NCBI RefSeq assembly: GCF_006345805.1
Contig: NC_043023.1
Span: forward strand, 7,006,001-7,070,000
Origin: Octopus sinensis
Lineage: Eukaryota
Direction: 5' to 3'
Length of the DNA stretch: 64,000 nt
The position numbers and the translations under genes are program-made. Positions 36,701 to 46,706 of the stretch are shown here, in pieces. Under the pieces are notes generated by a model that saw nothing but the letters and a program-made list of their open reading frames with translations, did not search any database and was not told the DNA's origin. Each line of letters starts with the position of its first letter. The stretch's first letter is position 1.

Positions 36701-39700
36701 TATTATTTTTATGTTCCTTCTCAAGCCATGCCAGGCTCATAGGGGCTGGTTTCAGTGGCGTAGAAATTCCCCACCTGGACGGGACGCCAGTCCATCGCAG
36801 GATTACTCATTTTTGCCAGCTGAGTGGACTGAGTGAAATGAAGTGTTTCGCTCAAGAACACAACGTGTCGCCTGGTCCAGGAATCGAAACCACAATCTTA
36901 CGATCATGACACTGACACCCTAACCACTAACCCACACGCCTCCACAAGTTTTCCTTCTCAAGTCATGCCAGGCTCATAAGGGCCGATTTCCTGGTTTCAG
37001 TGGTGTAGAAATTCCCCACCTGGACCGGACGCCGGTCTGTTGCAGCGTTACTCATTTTTGCCAGCTGAGTGGACTGGAGCAACGTGAAATGAAGTGTTTT
37101 GCTCAAGAACACAACGCGTCGCCTGGTCCAGGAATCGAAACCACAATCTTACAATCATGATGCTGACACCCTAACCACTAAGCCATGTGGCTCCACCTTG
37201 CTTATTATATTTGTGCCTTATTGCCAAACTGCTAAGTTACAGGGACATTAGAGATAGGTAGCACAAAGTTGGAATTTCTCTCTGTTGATGGGGATTTTTC
37301 AGATTTTTTTCTTTTTCATGGTACTTTTGGAAATGATCTGAAGCATCTTTTTTAAGAAACAATATTCTTTTTTTATGGAGATGTACTTGCATAGCAAGTG
37401 ACTTGATCTGAGATCGTGTTCTGAAACAAAAACAATTGCAGCATGGAAGATACTTGTAAGCCATTCAAGAATACACAAACCCATTAGTTTCACATCAACA
37501 TTTAATTTTCAAAAATAGAAATAACACATTTCTAAATATCTCAGAGAGACTTATGCAGTAGTGGTACGATAAAGTAGTTGTATGCTGTCAACTTAATGTG
37601 ACAGTCCCATGAAGGGAATCATATTACTGCTGACAGGAAACGGTGCTGCTTCCTAGGGCTAAAAAGCAGTAGTATGATTCCCTTCATGGGACTGTCACAT
37701 TAAGTTGACAGCATACAACTACTTTATTTAATTTTCATTTATATCAAAATATTTTTGTCACTTTGAAACCATGACCTGTTCACTGACAAAACCGTGGCCT
37801 GTTCACTGGTAAAACTGTGACCTGTTCACTGACAAAACTGCAACCTGCTCACTGGCAAAACCGTGGCCTGTTCAGCGACAAAACTTTGAAAAATGCTTCC
37901 CTGTGTCTTCCTGTATCTGGACTGATTTCGGTTGATTTTGTGGACACTATGCACAATGAATATTTTGTGGGGCATTATGCACTTAAAAACTATAGAAGAA
38001 GCCTTTTAGGTAAAAAGAAAAATAATAAAAAAAAGTAAATATTTTCAAACAAAAAGGTGTGTGATTAAAGAGATATTTGGCTGTTGTTTCTAGCATATCC
38101 TATGATCACCTCTCTCCTTTCTTTCTCACTCTGACAAGTATCGTTTTTTTTATAATCTTCTCCTCAGTAATAGGATAAACTCATTTATACTATTAAGATA
38201 CTTTTTTGAAAATTTGATTTTATCAACCTTAACCCTTTCGTTACTATATTTCTGACCAAAATACACCAAAATACACTCCTCATGAGTTTCAATTAAAATA
38301 ATCATGAATCTAGGCTTGTTTCATTAAACAACTGTAACTTCTTTACTTATCAACATATTAATGTGATATTTGGAACATAATTAAACCTTTGGCAAGCATA
38401 TTAGTACTGAAATATAAAGCCTTTGTTTCAAATAATTTAAAAACTAATGAAAAATTTAGTTATTATAACTGTCATTATTAAGATGGTATTTAAGGCAGCG
38501 AACTGGCAGAAGTGTTAGCATACAGGACAAAATGCTTAGCGGCATTTCTTCTGCCGTTACATTCTGAGTTCAAATTCCACCGAGGTCAACTTTGTTTTTC
38601 GTCATTTTGGGGTCGATAAATTAAGTACCAGTGAAATGCTGGGGCCAAAAATTTCAAGGCCTTGTGCCTTCAGTAGAAATTATTATTAAGCTGGTGTTTG
38701 GAACATGAAATTTTCAAGGATGTTTTTAATTTAGATCACTTTAACCCTTTTGTTACCATATTTCTTTTGAAATACACTTGACTTTGTTTCACTTAATTTT
38801 AGAGAATAATGGAGAATTTAATAAAATAACTGCCATTTTTAGGCTGGTGTTTGGATCATAAACCAACATGAAATTTTTGATGGAAGGTTTCAACTTGGAT
38901 TACTTTAATCCATTAGCATTCATATTAATCTGTTAAAAGTAACGCTTATTTGTGTCTTAAGGTTTAATTAGACATTAATTATGAAATTCTCATCGGTCTT
39001 TCTGTCCACAGATTTCTTCGTATTCTAGAGTTGATTGTACAAGAACCCGGATCTGCCTTTAAAGCCTTCCTGCCCAGCATCATATCAGTGTGCATGGATC
39101 AGATCTACCCGGTGGTGGCTCAGGTAAGAAAGACTATCTCACCCATCATTATCCCTCGTATGTGTTGTATGTGTTAGTGGTTAGGTTGTTACACTCGTGA
39201 TCGTATGATTGCAGTTTCGATTCTTGAACCGGGTGATAATTCGCTCATAAACACACACATCGCCCGGTCTGAGATTCAAACCCGTGATCACTTGACCGCA
39301 AGTCCGCTGCTCTAACCACTAGGCCATGTGCATACACATACATAAACATTCACATACACAACACACAAACATAAACCTGTACAGAAACACACAAATGCAT
39401 AGACATATGTATCTCTCCATATCTCACATCTGTCATCTCCCTCTATTTCAGCGTCCTTCCCCTGACATCAAAGCAATGCTGTACAAATTATTATTTGAGT
39501 TTTTCCTCAACAACTGGCGTTACTATTTCAAGGGTAGCCTGTTATCCACCCTCAACAACCAGAATAGTGAGATGATGGAGAACAGTGCACAGTTTATTGC
39601 CATTATGCAGGTAAGATGTGCTGCTGGACATTAGATGCAGCAGTGTTTTTTATCTTTTAATTTTTTCTACTTGTTTCAGTCATTGGTCTGGTCATGCTGG

Positions 39701-42445
39701 GGTCCTGCCTTGAAGGGTTTTAGTCGGACAAATCAACGCCAATACTTATCTTATATATACATCACTCTCTCTATATATATCATCATCATCATCATCATCA
39801 TTTAGCGTCCGTTTTCCATGCTAGCATGGGTTGGACGGTTCTACTGGGGTCTGTGAAGCCAGAAGGCTTCATCAGGCCCAGTCAAATCTGGCAGTGTTTC
39901 TACAGCTGGATGCCCTTCCTAACGCCAACCACTCCGTGAGTGTAGTGGGTGCTTTTTACGTGCCACCCGCACAGGTGCCAGACAGAGCTGGCAAACGGCC
40001 ACGAACGGATGGTGCTTTTTATGTGCCACCGGCACGAGGGCCAGGCGAGGCTGGCAACGGACACGAAACGGGGCAGTGCTGGCAACGGTCGCGAAACGGA
40101 AAGTTCTCTTACATGCCACTGGCACTGGTAACACATCTGCAATTTCCATTGATCGATTTCGATTCTGATCCTGTGGTATATATATATATCTTTATATATA
40201 AAACTAGTTGTGTGAGTGTCTGTCCCCTTCGATTTAGATTCCTAACTACTCCCACATTTTGCGGTGCAGTTTAACCAAAACCGGGTATCTTATAGTCGTG
40301 ATTCATATCGAGCCCTTCTGGGTATTAGCGCGCGTCTACGATGAGTCTACGATTTAAAAAATAATTTACCATCTTTTATTCCATTTTAAGGCATTTCTTT
40401 TAAAGGGAAGTAACTCTCTAAAAATGTCTACGATCAATCAACGATTTAAAAAAAAATTTACCATAATTTTTTTTCCATTTTTAATGCATTTTTTTGCTAT
40501 TTTTTGGCTATAACTCTCTAAAAATGCTGTATAGTTATTTCCCTTACAAACCCGAGCAACACCGGGTGATACTGCTAGTATATATATATATATATATATA
40601 TATATTTAATCATGTCAAAGGGAAATGGAATTTAATTAAAATTAAAACATTCAATCAAAGTTTACATTTCCAGTAGTCTAACGTGCAAAAAAATTAGTCA
40701 AGAAGACTATATATTAGTCATACGATATAGTGTATATTTAAACACATAAGGAATCCACTTAGAGGGAATTCAGCATGCTAGAAAGAACAGCTAGGTTCTG
40801 TAAACCACAAAAATAACGGATAAAATTCAACAGGAATAAATTTGGAAATGAAAAACATTTACCATCTAGTACCCTGGACCAATTGGTTTCTGATCATCTT
40901 TTAGCGAGTCAAGGGGAACTCACAAGGTCTGATTTTCTTCAGCAAGGTCCAACCTAGGGTTAAACATATCCAACACAAGACAATATATGCATTGATTGGT
41001 TGAAATTACTGAAGTAGGCCTACTTTAATGTGAAATAACTTCGTAAATATAAGTTTTTCTCCAAAATGCAAAGAGTAAAAGATGTTTTATATGACACATT
41101 CTACCAGTGTCCGAAGTTTGAAAGTGTTTAGTTACAAAAAATTATTTTTTAAATCTGTAGGTCAAAAGGTAAAGATCCACTACTACTACTACTTATAGTA
41201 ATAGTAGTATGTGTGAGGACCAGCATGTCAAAGAATGTTCTGTCATAGCACATGACCTCATACTACAACTACTACTACTACTACTCCTACTACCACCACC
41301 ATCTATGTACAGTGGCAACCATCATTACCATTTCTATCACCATCCCTGATACTACCACCAACACTATCACTACTACTACTGCCATTGTCACCACTACAAA
41401 CACCATCGTTAAAATCGCCACCATCACTATTGTCATCATTCTTACGGCTACTATCACCACCACCATCATGATGCTGATGGTAATCATCATAATGATGGTG
41501 GTGGTGGTGGTGGTTCTAAGGGTTGCCACCACCACCACCGTCACCATTTTACCATTCTTTGTAACCAATGTTCTTCCCTCTTGTATCTGTTGCTGCTCTC
41601 ATTGCCAGGCCTTTGGTCAATCATTCCTCCAGCCAGATATTGCTCTGTTCCGACAGAACCTCGAATCTTTGGAAACGCTCAATACCAAATGGAAACTCTA
41701 CCACAAGGTAAGAAGCACTATTGGAGTGCCGGGTTGGGTACCGGTGGGGCGGAAAATTGTAAAATAAAAGTAAGAGGATGAGTGCCTCATATTGAAAGGG
41801 TATATGGCCCCATAAGAAAAAATTGTAAGCGGCCAAGTGCTTCATTTCAAGGACAGGGGCTCATTTGAGGTAAGAGGCTTAGTACCTCATTGTAAGGACC
41901 TTGAGTCCAAAAGAAATATTGGTAAGAGGTTTATTGCCTCAAATTGTAAGTTCACAAAAGAACAATGTTTCAGAGAAGCAAAGATCGGCAGTGGGCATCT
42001 TTTGCCTCCTCCCATTAACTCGCACCATCCGAATCGTGGCCGAAACCAGTGCCGCCTCGACTGGCCTCCGTGCCGGTAGCACGTAAAATACACCAATCCG
42101 ACCGTGGCCATTGCCAGCCTCGCCTGGCACCTGTGCAGGTGGCACGTAAAAAGCACCCACTACACTCACGGAGTGGTTGGCGTTAGGAAGGGCATCCAGC
42201 TGTAGAAACATTGCCAGATAAGACCGGAGCCTGGTGCAGCCTTCTGGCTTCCCAGATCCCCGGTCGAACCGTCCAACCCATGCTAGCATGAAGAATGGAC
42301 ATTAAACAAGGATGATGATGATGTTCATCATTCATCTCATCCCATTAATGTCTTTGTCCAGCCCGCAGCTTCTCCATCTGTGTACGGCTTTCATAGCCAA
42401 TTTAATGAAATAAAGAAGCACATCTCTACATACATACAGGCTTGC

Positions 42446-42480
<35 letters not shown>

Positions 42481-42714
42481 ATATATATAATATTAGGGAG
42501 TAAATCCAAACTTACAGGGAAAAATTAGATTTAGGATTAAATCCAATTTTACAGTATAAATATATATATTAAATTAGGGATGAAACCATTATTAGGCAAT
42601 TTAAATTTTGAATTTTATATTTTATATATTTGTATATTATATTAATTAATTTATTTGTATGTTTTGGTTTATGTTTTTCACTGTTGATTTGCCTAATAGT
42701 GGTTTTATCTCTAA

Positions 42715-42776
<62 letters not shown>

Positions 42777-42875
42777 TTTTGTATATTATATTAATTAATT
42801 TATTTCTATGTTTTGGTTTATGTTTTTCACTGTTTGATTTGCCTAATAGTGGTTTTATCTTTAATTTAATATATA

Positions 42876-42915
<40 letters not shown>

Positions 42916-43633
42916 AAAGGGCTTAGTAAAATAAATTACTTTGCCACATACTGAACTCATTAGAAATAGTAGCTAAAAAAACTTTTTTAAAACTATTTCT
43001 AATACTTAAAGAAAATCTCTCTCATATAGTGTTTGCTCAATTCAACTCACGAAAGTATGGGCTAAAGACATTAAAAAATCAAATGCAAAGGTTATTTGAG
43101 AACGTACGTTTCAAGATTAGTCAACTCGACATTTCTATCATCAGCTCAGAACTCCTTGGTTTGGATTTGAAAACACTGAAAGTGGGAGCATACCCTTTCG
43201 GCTTCTTATCGCTTCTGAAGATCTGCTCGAAACTAACAGTGCCAGCAAACCCAAAATATGCAAGCGAAGAATTTCTGCTCTCCCCTTTCCACCAGCATGG
43301 GTTAAAATCAGTAAACACTATGCTTTTTCGGTAAAATCCGAAGCATTAAATAGAGAGAGATGAATTATAATTTCAACAATTTGTTGAAATTATATATATA
43401 TATATATAAATAATAAATATTAGGGAATAAATCCAAATTTACAGGGAAAAAATCAGATTTAGGATTAAATCGATTTTATAGTAAAATATTATTCGAGACA
43501 AAACCACTATTTTGCAAAACAAACAAGGAAAGACTTAATCAATACATAAATTTTAATAAATATTTATTAAAATTTATGTATTGATTAAGTCTTTCCTTGT
43601 TTGTTTTGCAAAATAGTGGTTTTGTCTCGAATA

Positions 43634-43674
<41 letters not shown>

Positions 43675-46671
43675 CGTTGGAAGTGTTTTATTGTGTGTCC
43701 GATAATTTATTTGGTTTCTTCTTGACCACTTCTTCCCTGGTCAAACTGACATCTCCTGTGCTTGTGCCATGTAAAAAGCACGAAGTCTACTCTGCTGAGT
43801 GGTTGGCGTTTGGAAGGGCATCCAGCTGTAAAAAACCTGTCAAAGCAGTCACAGAAGTCTGGTGCAGGCTTCGGCCTGGCTGGCTCTTGTGGTACCATCT
43901 ATTTCTTTACTACCCACAAGGGGCTAAACACAGAGGGGACAAGCAAGGACAGACAAAAGGATGAAAGGCAAAGTCAACCTCTGCGGAATTTGAACTCAGA
44001 ACGCAGCAGCGGACGAAATACCACAAAGCATTTCGCCTGGCGTGCTAATGTTTCTGCCAGCTCACCACTTAGTGGTACCATCCGACCCATGCTAGCATGG
44101 AAGGCGGACGTTAAATGATGATGATGTGTGTACATGTGCTGGTGCCACAGAAAAAAGCACCCAGGACATTGTGTAAAATGGGTGGCTGGCATTAGGAAAG
44201 GCATCCAGCCATAGAAACCATGCCCAAGCAGATGGTAAAGCCTGCTATAGCTTTCTGTGTAACCAGCGCCTGCTAAACTGTCCAACCCATGCCAGCATGG
44301 AAAATGTGGCACGTAAAAAGCACCCACTACACTCACAGAATGGTTGGCGTTAGGAAGGGCATCCAGCTGTAGAAACTCTCCCAGATCAGATTGGAGCCTG
44401 GTGCAGCCTTTTGGCTTCTCAGATCCCCGGTCAAACCGTCCAACCCATGCTAGCATGGAGAACGGACGTTAAACGATGATGATGAATGATGATGGTATAT
44501 CTCTTGCTTTTTCTCTCTGTCTTTAATTGTCTTTGTATTCTCTTCTCCATTTCCAGAAGGTATTCCGGGAAGCTTTGCTCTACCAATTCCTCAACGTGTT
44601 TATCCAGGTTCTACTACAGAAGTCCCACGACCTCCTGCAGGAAGAGATAGCCATCAGTGTGTACAACATGGCCTCTGTAGACTTCGATAACTTCTACACC
44701 CAGTTCTTGCCAAACTTTCTCAACGGCTGCGATGGGCTTGCGGCTGACCAGAGGACCGTGCTAGGACAGAATTTCAAAATGGATAAAGTAAGTTGAGTTG
44801 AATGGAGTGAGGTCCAACGAAAATTGAGGGCAATTTATCGATTGTTTTTAGCAGTGTAGAGGTTCCATTACTATCGTCACGACCATTATAATCATTGTTG
44901 CTACCATCACTATCATCAGCATTGTCATAACTATACTCTTTTACTCTTTTCAGTCATTTGACTGTAGCCATGCTGGAGCATCGCCTTTAGTCGAGCAAAT
45001 CAACCCCAGGACTTATTCTTTGTAAGCCTAGTACTTATTCTATCGGTCTCTTTTGCTGAACCGCTAAGTTACTGGGATGTAAACACACCAGCATCGGTTG
45101 TCAAGCAATGGTTGAGGACAAACACAGACACACAAACACACACACATATATACATATACATATATACGATGGGCTTCTTTCGGTTTCTGTCTACCAAATC
45201 CACTCACAAGGCTTTGGTCAGCCCGAGGCTATAGTAGAAGACACTTGCCCAAGGTGCCACACAGACTGAACTCAGAACCATGTGGTTGGTAAACAAGCTA
45301 CTTACCACACAGCCACTCCTGCACCTTAACAACCTTTGTTGTAACAACCACCATCACCATCGGTATTGCTATAGTAACCAGCATCATCACCACCAAAGCA
45401 ACCATCTTAATTGCCACTACAACAACAACCACTGTCATCACAACCATACTACCACCACCACAAATATTGTCGTCACCGCCACTACCACCACAACATTGTT
45501 ATCACCACCATACTACCACCACAAGGGCCATCATCACTGCTGCTACTACTACCACCAAAACCATCTTCATACCACCACCATCACCATGAGCATTGCTAGT
45601 TACAACTAAAATTACCATCATCACCACCACCACCACCACAACTTGAGCAACTGTCATCATCATCATCACAATCACTACTACCATCACCATCCTCCTATCA
45701 GTACAATCATTGCTGTTACCATCATCATCATCAACACCACTACCATCACTACACATGCTTTTACTGCCAACGCCATCACCATCGCTCTAATTTCTTTCTC
45801 TTATTCACTGACTCTCATTTATTTACACACACACACATTCTACTTCACGTACAAACAAACTAACTCTCACACGTTCTCTTTTGCACCCTCTGTCCCTTAC
45901 TGCCTCACTCAGGCTATTTTGTCTCTCTCTCTCTATTATTCACTGGCTCTCATTCATTGAAGCACACTCTTTCCCTCTCTCTCACACACTCTCTTACTCA
46001 TTCTGACACATCAACTCTCATACACTATCTTATGCACCCTCTGTCATAAACTCACAATCTCTATCTTTTACTGCCTAACTCATTCTGTCTAGTCTCTCTC
46101 ATTTATTAACACACACACACACACAGTCTCTCATTGATTGACTTTCTTTTTTTGACGCACACTTGCTCTTTCTCATGCTCACTTTCACAGACACACATGC
46201 GTTCTGCTTTACATACAAACACACTAACTCTTACACACTTTCTTATGCACCCTCTGTTACACACTCGCAATCTCTATCCCTCGCTGCCTCACTCAGTCTC
46301 TCTAGTCACTCCATTTCTCATTCATTAACACACACTCACTCTCACTCTCTCTCTCTCTTTCACACACATACACACATATTCTGCCTTAGACACATCAACT
46401 TTCACACACTATCTTATGCACACTCAATCATGCACTCACATATTCTGTCCTTCACAGCCTCTTTCAGTCTAATCTCTCTTTCTCTCACTCTTGTTCATTG
46501 ACACACACACACACACACTGTCTTTGTTTCACACTCTCTTACATATACACACACTTACTTTTTCTCACACCCTCTTTTATGCAGACACACCAACTCTCAC
46601 GCACTATCTTATGCACCCTTTGTCATGCACTTACACACTCCATCTATCACTACTTCACTCACCCTGTCTAG

Positions 46672-46706
<35 letters not shown>

